Shown one piece after another: positions 1 through 8,057 of a stretch of 52,600 nucleotides of DNA. The notes under the pieces were generated by a model. It was not told the origin of the DNA, did no database searches, and was given only the letters and a program-made list of their open reading frames with translations. The stretch is from contig CAYYDV010000001.1 of assembly GCA_964470765.1 (NCBI GenBank), forward strand, positions 1 to 52,600, read 5' to 3'. Positions within the stretch are counted from its first letter, which is position 1. Each line of letters opens with the position of its first letter. The position numbers and the translations under genes were made by a program. Source of the stretch: an uncultured Candidatus Saccharibacteria bacterium (GTDB lineage Bacteria > Patescibacteriota > Minisyncoccia > Minisyncoccales > JAGGXC01).

Positions 1-170
1 GGTTCAGGTTCAGGTTCAGGTTCAGGTTCAGGTTCGGGTTCAGGTTCAGGTTCTGGTTCAGGCTCTGGCTCAGGTTCAGGTTCAGGCTCAGGTTCAGGCT
101 CTGGTTCGGGTTCTGGTTCTGGTTCTGGTTCGGGTTCTGGTCCAGGCTCTGGTTGAGGTTCAGGCTCAGG
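1..170 (-). repeat. Hexanucleotide microsatellite-like tract (GGTTCA/GGCTCT/GGTTCT)n encoding (EP)n
   Basis: Direct reading shows ggttca/ggttct/ggctct units repeated about 28 times from base 1. Confidence 0.8.
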
Positions 171-1214
171 CTGAGGTTGTTGAGTTTCTCCTTCATCTAG
201 AATCCAATAGTCAAATCTTAAGTCTTGAGGAGCTGGGTCTTTCAGGGAGATAGTAAAAGAATGGTCCGGTACTTTCTCTGAAATCCACCAGCCGTTTTCT
301 GGATTATCAAGAAAACTGATGAAAACTAAACTTTCTTCCCTAATTAATTGATTAAAGATTCTTACTGAAGTTTCTCCTTTTCTAAAGATTAATCTTTCAA
401 CCTTCTGTTTGTTATAAATCTTTTCTCCTAATGGACCAACTGATGGAACTTCTGGAGGAGCTAAACCTTTATCTACTACTGAAACTTGATAAAGAGTATT
501 AATTTTACTTTCCATACTTCCTAAAGATGAAATTATTCCATCTAATTTTGCTAATATCTCGTTAATTTTCTCTCCTATCTCAAGGAGCTTTTCATCAATG
601 AAGCTTATTAAACTCTTAAGAGCATTGAGTAACTGAAAATTAAAATCAGCATTTTCTCCAGCTCCTCCTTCCTCAATTTCTTCTAAATCAAATAGAACAA
701 CTAAATTAGGTTGTTCCCCGTATCTTTCTTCAATAAGCTGGAAAATATTTTCCCATTCCTCCTGACTTAATCCTTCTTCTTTTAAAAGCTCGGAGAGGCT
801 AATTATTTTTTTCCGAGGCTCCATTCCTATATCCCAAACAACTCCTTCTTCTGTTTCTGTTCCAATTGTAACTCCGAGCCAAAATGGTCCTTGGTCAAGA
901 TTAATAGAAGTCATCCTTCCTAGAATTATTCTGAATTGGCCGTTTGTGATAAGAACAGCATTATAAAAAGTATGTTCTTCTTGCCAAAGAATATTCCCTT
1001 CGGTCTCAGTATCATAAATTGCGAATCTCATATTGTATCTGCTATCTTCAACTGGATTTCCTTCTGAATCAGATAAATTTCCTCGATATAAAATTCTCAA
1101 ATCGTTGGTTCCTTCTTGAGCTTCAACTGATTTTGAGGAATAAAAAACCCCTCCTAATAAACTTATTATGAGAAAAAAACTGATAATTAATTTTAGGGAT
1201 TTTTTATAATCCAT
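1..1214 (-). CDS. Secreted hypothetical protein, 3' end cut by the window edge, with a Glu-Pro/Gln-Pro repeat tail
   Basis: Not in the ORF track because it runs off the window. My translation from the ATG at 1214-1212 gives [35 protein letters not shown] (signal-peptide-like) ... [31 protein letters not shown] checked the frame at 150-221 and at 3-8 (ttc=E, agg=P on the minus strand). Confidence 0.6.
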   Translation of the reverse strand, partial: MDYKKSLKLIISFFLIISLLGGVFYSSKSVEAQEGTNDLRILYRGNLSDSEGNPVEDSRYNMRFAIYDTETEGNILWQEEHTFYNAVLITNGQFRIILGRMTSINLDQGPFWLGVTIGTETEEGVVWDIGMEPRKKIISLSELLKEEGLSQEEWENIFQLIEERYGEQPNLVVLFDLEEIEEGGAGENADFNFQLLNALKSLISFIDEKLLEIGEKINEILAKLDGIISSLGSMESKINTLYQVSVVDKGLAPPEVPSVGPLGEKIYNKQKVERLIFRKGETSVRIFNQLIREESLVFISFLDNPENGWWISEKVPDHSFTISLKDPAPQDLRFDYWILDEGETQQPQPEPEPQPEPGPEPEPEPEPEPEPEPEPEPEPEPEPEPEPEPEPEPEPEPEPEPEPE

Positions 1215-1218
1215 AATT

Positions 1219-2193
1219 TTAATTCTTCATTGGCACCATTATGTAAAGATATTCTTGTCCTTCTCTTTCTCTGAAAATTGGGATAATAATTCCCGAAGTT
1301 TCATCCTTTGGTTCTACTCTTACCTCATCAGAAAAAGCTTCTTTTATCTTTCTCTTCATTTCTTCATCTTCTTCAGTAGAAGGAACTACTACCATTCCTT
1401 CTTCGGTTGTTTCTAATATTTCTGGTTCCTCTGGAGGAGAAACAACAAGTTGATAAACTTTAATAAAGGGGCGAGTGATTATTTGATATCCTTGAACAAG
1501 TTTTTTCTTTACAAAATCATCAGTGGCAAAATAACCAGTTTTGATTTTAGGAATTTGAGACTTAAGCCACAGACCATAGTCTTTAAAAGTATCCATTGTA
1601 GAAGTCCGAACTTCTTTTGACCCCATAACCACAATAATCATGGCCGTGTCTTCAAAAGATATCTCGGGTTGGACCTGCCAAAAGAGAAAAATTCCGCCAA
1701 TTAGTAAAACAGAGATTAAGGCTACAGCAAACCCAAAACGAATTTTAGGTATTGGTTGCTTAATTGATAATTTTATTGTTGACGTCTCAACTGGTAAATT
1801 TTCTGGCGGTCCAACTATCTTTGGTTCAGTAATTCTTTCAACTTTTTTCTCACCAAAAATGCCCAAATATTCTTCCATCCATTCTTTTTTAGTTACCCAG
1901 TTTCTACCAAGCTTTACTGCTTTTAACTTTCTTTGCCGAGCTCTTAATGATAGATACTCCTGGGAATAATTGCAGTATTTGGTTGCTTCCTGTAGAGAAA
2001 TATAGTTGGCTTCCTCATCTACGCTTCTCAAATACTCTTTCAGCCATTCCTTTTTAGTCAGCCAGTTCCTACCAATCTTCACTGCTTTTAATTTCCCTTG
2101 TCGAGCCCGCAATGACAAATATTCCTGTGAGTAATCACAATATTTCGTTGCCTCTTGTAAAGAAATGTAGTTGGCTTTGTTATTTTTATTCAT
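1219..2193 (-). CDS. Membrane-anchored protein with two tandem excisionase/MerR-type helix-turn-helix modules
   Basis: The module [13 protein letters not shown](D/N)[12 protein letters not shown](G/R)KLKAVK(I/L)GRNW(L/V)TKKEW occurs twice back to back. One hydrophobic span follows ([19 protein letters not shown]). ATG start with AGGAGG 7 nt upstream. Confidence 0.7.
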   Translation of the reverse strand: MNKNNKANYISLQEATKYCDYSQEYLSLRARQGKLKAVKIGRNWLTKKEWLKEYLRSVDEEANYISLQEATKYCNYSQEYLSLRARQRKLKAVKLGRNWVTKKEWMEEYLGIFGEKKVERITEPKIVGPPENLPVETSTIKLSIKQPIPKIRFGFAVALISVLLIGGIFLFWQVQPEISFEDTAMIIVVMGSKEVRTSTMDTFKDYGLWLKSQIPKIKTGYFATDDFVKKKLVQGYQIITRPFIKVYQLVVSPPEEPEILETTEEGMVVVPSTEEDEEMKRKIKEAFSDEVRVEPKDETSGIIIPIFREREGQEYLYIMVPMKN

Positions 2194-2210
2194 AATAACT
2201 CCTCCTAATA

Positions 2211-2254
2211 CCGATATTGGTATCGGATATCAAGAATATTGTCTATCTGATAGA
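2211..2254. promoter_or_regulatory. Two perfect palindromes (CCGATA-ttgg-TATCGG and TCTATC-t-GATAGA) between a TATAAT box and the dual-HTH gene
   Basis: Read directly at 2211-2226 and 2242-2254. The minus-strand TATAAT is at 2264-2269. Candidate operators. Confidence 0.35.
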
Positions 2255-2272
2255 TATTTATACATTATACAA

Positions 2273-2297
2273 GTAAAAAAGGACCCATAAAAGGGTC
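2273..2297 (-). terminator. Intrinsic terminator, second of two downstream of the SEDS gene
   Basis: Minus strand reads GACCC-ttttat-GGGTC followed by CTTTTTT. Confidence 0.6.
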
Positions 2298-2310
2298 AGT
2301 TGTGGATAAT

Positions 2311-2330
2311 AAAAACCGCTTCTCAAGCGT
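2311..2330 (-). terminator. Intrinsic terminator downstream of the SEDS gene
   Basis: Minus strand reads CGCTT-gag-AAGCG followed by GTTTTT. Confidence 0.5.
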
Positions 2331-2358
2331 TAATTATTAGATGTTAAATGTCAACCGA

Positions 2359-3447
2359 TTAACTCCTGATTTTTATACTTTGTAAAATGCCTAAACCTAT
2401 AAAAATGGCAATTAAACCTGATCCTCCATAGCTTATCAGAGGTAAGGGAATTCCAATAATCGGTAAAATCCCTAAATTCATTCCAATATGAATAAAAAAT
2501 TGAGAAATTAAAAGAGTAGCCATACCTGAAGCAAAAAGTCGAGAAAAATTGGTTTTTGAGAAAACAGCAATTTTAATTATCCGCCAAATAAAAACAGAGA
2601 ATAAAAATAATAAAACCAAAACTCCTAACATTCCTGTTTCTTCAGCTAAACTTGAAAAAATAAAATCAGTTTGAGGTTCAGGCAAAAAACCATACTGGGT
2701 CTGGGAACCTCGGCCTAATCCTTTTCCTAAAATTCCTCCCGACCCTATAGCAATTCTCGCTTGCTCCTGCGACCAACTAATTCCTAAGGGTTCAAGTTGA
2801 GGGTTAATAAAACCTAAGATTCTCTGCTTTTGATAATCTTTTAATAAAAAAGACCAAGCCAAAATTGAGATTAAAAACATAACCAAACAAAGAATCAGAA
2901 AGTGCCGAACTTTGATTCCGGAAATAATCAAGACAACAACCCACAGAGAAATTAAAATTAGGACTGAGCCTAAATCCGGTTGGAAAAAAATTAAGAGACA
3001 AGGAATTAGAATATAAATTCCGGAAAGAATAATATGTCTTAATCTATACATCTCAACGTGTCTCATTGAGAAGTACTTAGCCAATAAAATTATTAAAACG
3101 ATTTTGGTAAACTCTATCGGGTCAATAGAAATAGGTCCTAATTTATACCAGCTTTTCACTCCCCTAATTTCAGGGACGAAAAAGAGACCGGCTAAACCCA
3201 AAAGGCACAGAAAATAAAGAATCAAGATCAAATAGGAATTATCTTTCAAAATTCTTAAATCAAAAAAGCTGATTAAAAACATTAAAAAGAAACCTACTCC
3301 CAAAAAAACAATTTGCTTTCTGAAATTAAAAAAATTCCCTCTATCAAGGGAACTACTGTAAATCGACAGAAGACCTATGCTCACTAACAAGATGGCAGTA
3401 ATAATAAGAATCCAGTCAAATTTTTTCAAACGACTTAAAAACAGCAT
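2359..3447 (-). CDS. SEDS-family peptidoglycan polymerase (FtsW/RodA)
   Basis: 362 aa and polytopic. Contains the motif GSQTQYGFLPEPQTDFIFSSLAEETG and a C-terminal PLPLISYGGS, both typical of FtsW/RodA/SpoVE. Confidence 0.9.
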   Translation of the reverse strand: MLFLSRLKKFDWILIITAILLVSIGLLSIYSSSLDRGNFFNFRKQIVFLGVGFFLMFLISFFDLRILKDNSYLILILYFLCLLGLAGLFFVPEIRGVKSWYKLGPISIDPIEFTKIVLIILLAKYFSMRHVEMYRLRHIILSGIYILIPCLLIFFQPDLGSVLILISLWVVVLIISGIKVRHFLILCLVMFLISILAWSFLLKDYQKQRILGFINPQLEPLGISWSQEQARIAIGSGGILGKGLGRGSQTQYGFLPEPQTDFIFSSLAEETGMLGVLVLLFLFSVFIWRIIKIAVFSKTNFSRLFASGMATLLISQFFIHIGMNLGILPIIGIPLPLISYGGSGLIAIFIGLGILQSIKIRS

Positions 3448-3524
3448 GAAAAACTTTAGAACAATTAAAAATAATAAAAGTTATGGAGTAAGGTTATTTT
3501 CAAAAATCCCGCAAAAACCCAAAC

Positions 3525-3578
3525 GTTTAAAATCCGGCTTTAAACACATTGCCAACTGTTTAAAACCCGGCTTTAAAC
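3525..3578 (+). repeat. Two tandem copies of the 21-bp near-palindromic element (GTTTAAAATCCGGCTTTAAAC and GTTTAAAACCCGGCTTTAAAC)
   Basis: Copies at 3525-3545 and 3558-3578, just downstream of the ligA stop. They create the spurious ORF 3377..3598 (LKSGFKH...LKPGFKH). Confidence 0.85.
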
Positions 3579-3583
3579 ATTCT

Positions 3584-5671
3584 TTATGGTTTCATTAATT
3601 TAAGAAATTCTGGTTCTTTTATTATTTTCACTCCTAGTTTTTGGGCTTTCTCGAATTTTGAACCCGGTTTCTCGCCAGCTACCAAAAAATCAGTCTCTTT
3701 GGAAACTGAGGTAGCCGGATCTCCTCCCAGGAGCCTTATTCTTTTCTCAGCTTCGGCCCGAGTCGAAGTTCGCAAGGTACCAGTTAAGACAAAGATTTTT
3801 CCGGTTAGTTTCTGGCCAAATTTTTCCGGCGCCAAAATTTTAATTCCGGCTTTAAAAAGGTTCTCAATCAGGCCAAGATTCTTTTTTGACTGAAACCATT
3901 TATAGATACTTGCCGAAACTTGGGGTCCAATATCAGGAATTGCTTCTAATTCTTCTTGAGAGGCTTTTTTAAGTTTATCAATTGTTCCGAAATATTGAGC
4001 TAAATCAATAGCGGTCTCTTCTCCTGTATGACGAATCCCTAAGCTATAGATAAATTGAGCTAAGGGTATTTTTTTACTTTTCTCAATGGTTGATACTAAG
4101 TTTTGGGCTGATTTTTCAGCAAATCTTTCTAAAGGAATTAAATCTCCCTCAGTTAGAGTAAATACATCGGATGGCCGGGATATCAAATTTTCATCAATTA
4201 ATTGATTAATAATTCTGGGTCCTAATCCTTCAATATCAAAAGCTTTTTTGGAAACAAAATAACGTAGAAATTCCCTTTTCCGGGCCGGGCAGTTGTTATT
4301 AGGACAACGCCGAACTGCTTCTCCTTCAGGTCTTAATAATTTTGTTCCACAGACTGAACAGGTTCTAGGTATTTCAAATTTTTTCTCTTTTCCTGTTCTT
4401 AATTCCGGTAAAACTTTAACTACTGCCGGAATTACATCTCCAGCCCTTTCAATGATTACCGTGTCGCCAATTTTCACTCCTAATCTTTTTATCTGATCTT
4501 CATTATGTAAAGTAGCTCGAGTAATAGTAGTTCCCCCTACCTGGACTGGCTTTAAAAAAGCTATAGGAGTTATGGCGCCGGTTCTCCCGACCTGAACTTT
4601 AATATCTAAAATTCTAGTTGTAGCCTGCTGGGGAGAAAATTTTAAAGCTCTGACTGCCCGGGGACTTTTTCCGGCTACTCCTAATTTTTCAAAAAGAAAA
4701 TTATCATCTACTCTGGCTACTATTCCATCAATCTGGAAAGGAAAGGTATCTCTTTCTTTAGCAATCTTCCGCCAGAAATCTCCTATTTCTTTTAAATCTT
4801 GACACTCTTTACCCTTATCTGTTTTGAAACCTAAAGCTGGTAATAGCTGGTGCTCTTGATAATGCCTGGTTTGGCCAACATCAGTAATAAAATCGTAAGC
4901 TAAAAATTTCAAGGGCCGGGAAGCAGCTAGTTTTGAATCCAACTGTCTGATAGAACCAGCCGCTAAATTCCTGGGGTTAGCATAAGGAGTTTCTCCTTTT
5001 TTCTTTCTTTCTTTATTAAACCTCTCAAAAGCCTTTTTCTCCATATAGACCTCTCCCCGAATCTCAACTCTTCCTTTCTTAATTAGTTTCTTTAAGCTTT
5101 CTTCAATATGTTTAAAGCCGGGTTTTAAACGTTTGTGGAAATGAAGTCTTAAGGGAATACTTTCAATAGTTTTTAAATTCTGAGTAACCTCCTCCCCCAC
5201 TCTTCCATTTCCTCTGGTAGCGCCTTGAATAAAAAGACCATTTTCATAAACTAAAGTGATAGCAAAACCGTCAATTTTTAATTCGCAAAAGTAAGAATCT
5301 GCCTTTGGCAGAACCTTGATTCCTCGCTTTGCTCGAAAATAATTAATTTTTGCTGAAGGAGCTAATCTTTTTAAATAATCCTCCCAATTCTGAAGCTCTT
5401 CTTCAGAAAAAATGTCTTCAATAGAAAGCATAGGAATTCTATGTTCTACTTTCTTAAATTCCTTTAAAGGTTTACCTTCTACTCTTTGGGTCGGAGAATC
5501 GGGAGTAATAAATTCCGGATGCTTTTGTTCCAGCTGATAAAGTTCGTGTTTTAAAGAATCTAAAGCTCCCGGAGAAATCTCCTCTTTATCTAAAACATGA
5601 TATAAATAACGGTGATATCTAATCACCTTTTTTAATTTTTCAATCCGTCGTTTGACTTCTTTTTTGCCCAT
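3584..5671 (-). CDS. ligA: NAD-dependent DNA ligase
   Basis: 695 aa. Has the adenylation motif CELKIDG, the Zn finger CSVCGTKLLRPEGEAVRRCPNNNC, HhH repeats and a C-terminal BRCT-like GKIFVLTGTL. Confidence 0.97.
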   Translation of the reverse strand: MGKKEVKRRIEKLKKVIRYHRYLYHVLDKEEISPGALDSLKHELYQLEQKHPEFITPDSPTQRVEGKPLKEFKKVEHRIPMLSIEDIFSEEELQNWEDYLKRLAPSAKINYFRAKRGIKVLPKADSYFCELKIDGFAITLVYENGLFIQGATRGNGRVGEEVTQNLKTIESIPLRLHFHKRLKPGFKHIEESLKKLIKKGRVEIRGEVYMEKKAFERFNKERKKKGETPYANPRNLAAGSIRQLDSKLAASRPLKFLAYDFITDVGQTRHYQEHQLLPALGFKTDKGKECQDLKEIGDFWRKIAKERDTFPFQIDGIVARVDDNFLFEKLGVAGKSPRAVRALKFSPQQATTRILDIKVQVGRTGAITPIAFLKPVQVGGTTITRATLHNEDQIKRLGVKIGDTVIIERAGDVIPAVVKVLPELRTGKEKKFEIPRTCSVCGTKLLRPEGEAVRRCPNNNCPARKREFLRYFVSKKAFDIEGLGPRIINQLIDENLISRPSDVFTLTEGDLIPLERFAEKSAQNLVSTIEKSKKIPLAQFIYSLGIRHTGEETAIDLAQYFGTIDKLKKASQEELEAIPDIGPQVSASIYKWFQSKKNLGLIENLFKAGIKILAPEKFGQKLTGKIFVLTGTLRTSTRAEAEKRIRLLGGDPATSVSKETDFLVAGEKPGSKFEKAQKLGVKIIKEPEFLKLMKP
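5110..5130 (-). repeat. Copy of the 21-bp near-palindromic element inside ligA, encoding LKPGFKH
   Basis: The plus strand reads GTTTAAAGCCGGGTTTTAAAC. The ligA mRNA reads aaa cgt tta aaa ccc ggc ttt aaa cat = KRLKPGFKH. Confidence 0.85.
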
Positions 5672-5686
5672 ATTAGAGAAAGATAA

Positions 5687-6400
5687 TCAAGGGCCCATTG
5701 CTACCGCAGCAGACGACGTGCAGTTACAGTAGGTCCACCGGCTCCGGTTTCCTTCACAATCCTGAAAGTTAGGAAAAGGAGGAACAGGATCCATGGTTAT
5801 ATCATCGCATAAATCTCCTAGGTAAACATCTCTACATCCTTCAGTTTCATCCCATTCTCGAACATTTAGATTACTTGCCATATCGGCGTCAGTTCCATAG
5901 TTATAACACTCACAATCATAATCACCACAAACATCACTACAATTTCTCCCTGGGACTACATCTCCGGCTTGGTTAAGGTATACCCCGGCGAGAGAATATC
6001 CAAAATTAATCTCAAATGCTCTTTTCACTTCTTTATAACTACCTGTTGACTTTATAGTAATCAGACCACAATTCCGGGAAAAAGTTACCTCATAGTCAGC
6101 TCTATTACTTAGATTACCAGAAAGATTATAACCTGATTTAACGCCTGAGCAATCTCCCTTACAGATCCCTAAATCACAACTTGGACTTTCATCAATACAT
6201 TTTCTATCTAAATAAAGTATTTCTTCAACTCCAGTATCAGCAGCACCTACAGCAATTACTGAGTAATCAATCCCTCTAATCATCTTCTTCTGACTTACTA
6301 AAATTACGCTTAATCCTAATCCCATAGCCAAAAAGATAGTCATTATTACTAAAGCTAAAAAAAGTGATACTCCTTTTTGATTTTTAATCTTATTCAACAT
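5687..6400 (-). CDS. PilX-like minor pilin / pseudopilin with a Cys-rich C-terminal domain
   Basis: N-terminus QKGVSLFLALVIMTIFLAMGLGLSVIL is a hydrophobic pilin-like helix without Glu5. It is last in a run of pilin genes and overlaps the upstream gene by 11 nt. Confidence 0.55.
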   Translation of the reverse strand: MLNKIKNQKGVSLFLALVIMTIFLAMGLGLSVILVSQKKMIRGIDYSVIAVGAADTGVEEILYLDRKCIDESPSCDLGICKGDCSGVKSGYNLSGNLSNRADYEVTFSRNCGLITIKSTGSYKEVKRAFEINFGYSLAGVYLNQAGDVVPGRNCSDVCGDYDCECYNYGTDADMASNLNVREWDETEGCRDVYLGDLCDDITMDPVPPFPNFQDCEGNRSRWTYCNCTSSAAVAMGP

Positions 6401-6941
6401 CGAGGCTTCTTTGAGAAATAGTGTTTTGAATCTTTATTACCGGCTGTTCTTCGGCCTTTTCACCTTTTCCTTTTATTTTCAAGAATAAAGTTACCCGGGG
6501 CTGTCCAGAATCATCAAGATTGACATTAAATTCTTCTACTTTTAAATCATCCGAAGTTAGAAATGACCCTGGATCTGCTGATGAACATATCGTCGTCTTC
6601 CGTTTCAATCTTTCATTCACGAGGAAAATCTCCCAACAGCAAGGATCACTTTCATTGCCAATAAACTTTATAGCATCTTGGTAAGGTATCTCATAATATG
6701 CATCAGCAGTAATACAGGATGGAAGATAAATACTTTCTTGAGCCATTCTCAAGTGACGACTCATATATTCCATAACATAACTCGTCTGAGCTAAAAGTTC
6801 TTGAGAAGCTAGAGACCTTCTTTGAGTTTTTAGAGCTAAGGTAAACAAACCAGAAATCATACCAAAAACTAAACTAAAAATAATCATGGTGACCATAATT
6901 TCAATCAAGGTATAGCCTTCATTTGACATTTTTTGTTTCAT
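6390..6941 (-). CDS. Type IV minor pilin (prepilin-type N-terminal cleavage/methylation domain)
   Basis: Contains SNEG|YTLIEIMVTMIIFSLVFG, the class III signal motif with Glu5. Confidence 0.75.
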   Translation of the reverse strand: MKQKMSNEGYTLIEIMVTMIIFSLVFGMISGLFTLALKTQRRSLASQELLAQTSYVMEYMSRHLRMAQESIYLPSCITADAYYEIPYQDAIKFIGNESDPCCWEIFLVNERLKRKTTICSSADPGSFLTSDDLKVEEFNVNLDDSGQPRVTLFLKIKGKGEKAEEQPVIKIQNTISQRSLDVE

Positions 6942-6943
6942 TT

Positions 6944-7438
6944 TTATCCTCCTGGATTATACCAGTTATATAAATTTTCCTGAACAGTAATTGAATGAGC
7001 TCCTCCAAGTTCTTTCCATTCAACTTGAACGGTAACCTCCATCTTATCAGCTTCTGGCTTGACAACAGTAATCGTTCTTTTAAATTTACCATCACTAGGT
7101 GGATTGCAGATATAAAATCCTAAACTTTCATCAAACTTTAGGTAGTCTCCAACGCAAGCACTGTCAGGAAAAGCAGAGCTTTGATAATCTAAATAATTAG
7201 AAGAATCTACATTAATATTATCATCCCAAGAGGGCGTGACAAAAACCCAATTAGTATCTCTTATATTCCTAATAATCTCAACCCCTTCTTGAGCTAAATA
7301 AGAAGCTGTTAATCTAGAAGAAGAAAGAGTAGTAGAAACAATAACTTTTTGGAGAACACTAAAAGCTCCTACTGTTCCAACAGCAATTATAAAAACAGCT
7401 ATGACAAGTTCAATTAAAGTAAGACCTTTGTTTTTCAT
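6944..7438 (-). CDS. Type IV minor pilin (PilV-like)
   Basis: Contains MKNKG|LTLIELVIAVFIIAVG. Confidence 0.8.
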   Translation of the reverse strand: MKNKGLTLIELVIAVFIIAVGTVGAFSVLQKVIVSTTLSSSRLTASYLAQEGVEIIRNIRDTNWVFVTPSWDDNINVDSSNYLDYQSSAFPDSACVGDYLKFDESLGFYICNPPSDGKFKRTITVVKPEADKMEVTVQVEWKELGGAHSITVQENLYNWYNPGG

Positions 7439-7466
7439 ACAATAAATTATAAATTATTATATAGTT

Positions 7467-7997
7467 TTACTGGATTTCAATTAGACCAATACTATTTACA
7501 GCAATCGCAGCTGACTGAGTTTTCCCGGTCAAAATAATGGTAACAGAACCACCTGGAGTTTGATTGACTACAACAACGGGATCAGGAGGAACAAAATTAA
7601 TAGTTAAGAAAGTAGGAGAGGTAATTTCAATACTTTCTTCCAATTCTATTTCTTCTATCCTTTCACTCACCCCACCGTAAGAATTGCTTCCATCGCAATC
7701 AGCAAATAGAATATAAGAGGTAGAAGCACTTGAATTAAAATAAATTCCGTATCCTCCATCAGGAACAGCAGAAGGACCGCAGCCATCAAATTCTTTAGCC
7801 GACATAGCCATTTCTTCAGCCCTTCTTAAATCCTGAGCTAATTTATGAGCAGACCTCTGAAGAGTAAATTGATAACCTCCTCGTTCGTAATTAGCCAAAA
7901 CTATAATTGATAAAACAATAACGATAGAAGCTACTATCAACATTTCTAACAAAGTAAAGGCAGAGTATTTAGAGTGTTGGTTTAAAAAAGGCCCCAT
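7467..7997 (-). CDS. Type IV minor pilin (FimT/GspH-like)
   Basis: Contains KYS|AFTLLEMLIVASIVIVLS, a prepilin motif. Confidence 0.75.
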   Translation of the reverse strand: MGPFLNQHSKYSAFTLLEMLIVASIVIVLSIIVLANYERGGYQFTLQRSAHKLAQDLRRAEEMAMSAKEFDGCGPSAVPDGGYGIYFNSSASTSYILFADCDGSNSYGGVSERIEEIELEESIEITSPTFLTINFVPPDPVVVVNQTPGGSVTIILTGKTQSAAIAVNSIGLIEIQ

Positions 7998-8057
7998 TTT
8001 CTTTATTATACTATAAAATAAATGCTTCCTCCATCGCCTTCTTTACTTTAAATTTTA

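Noticed and set aside
3377-3598. 73-aa ORF in the rodA-ligA intergenic region
   Set aside because: Its C-terminal half is just the two palindromic repeats translated (LKSGFKH...LKPGFKH). It overlaps the SEDS gene start on the opposite strand and has no start context.
3835-3862. Possible degenerate sixth copy of the palindromic element in the ligA BRCT-linker region (ttttaattccggctttaaaaa)
   Set aside because: Only one arm (ccggctttaaa) matches and the second arm is missing. This cannot be distinguished from chance similarity without statistics.
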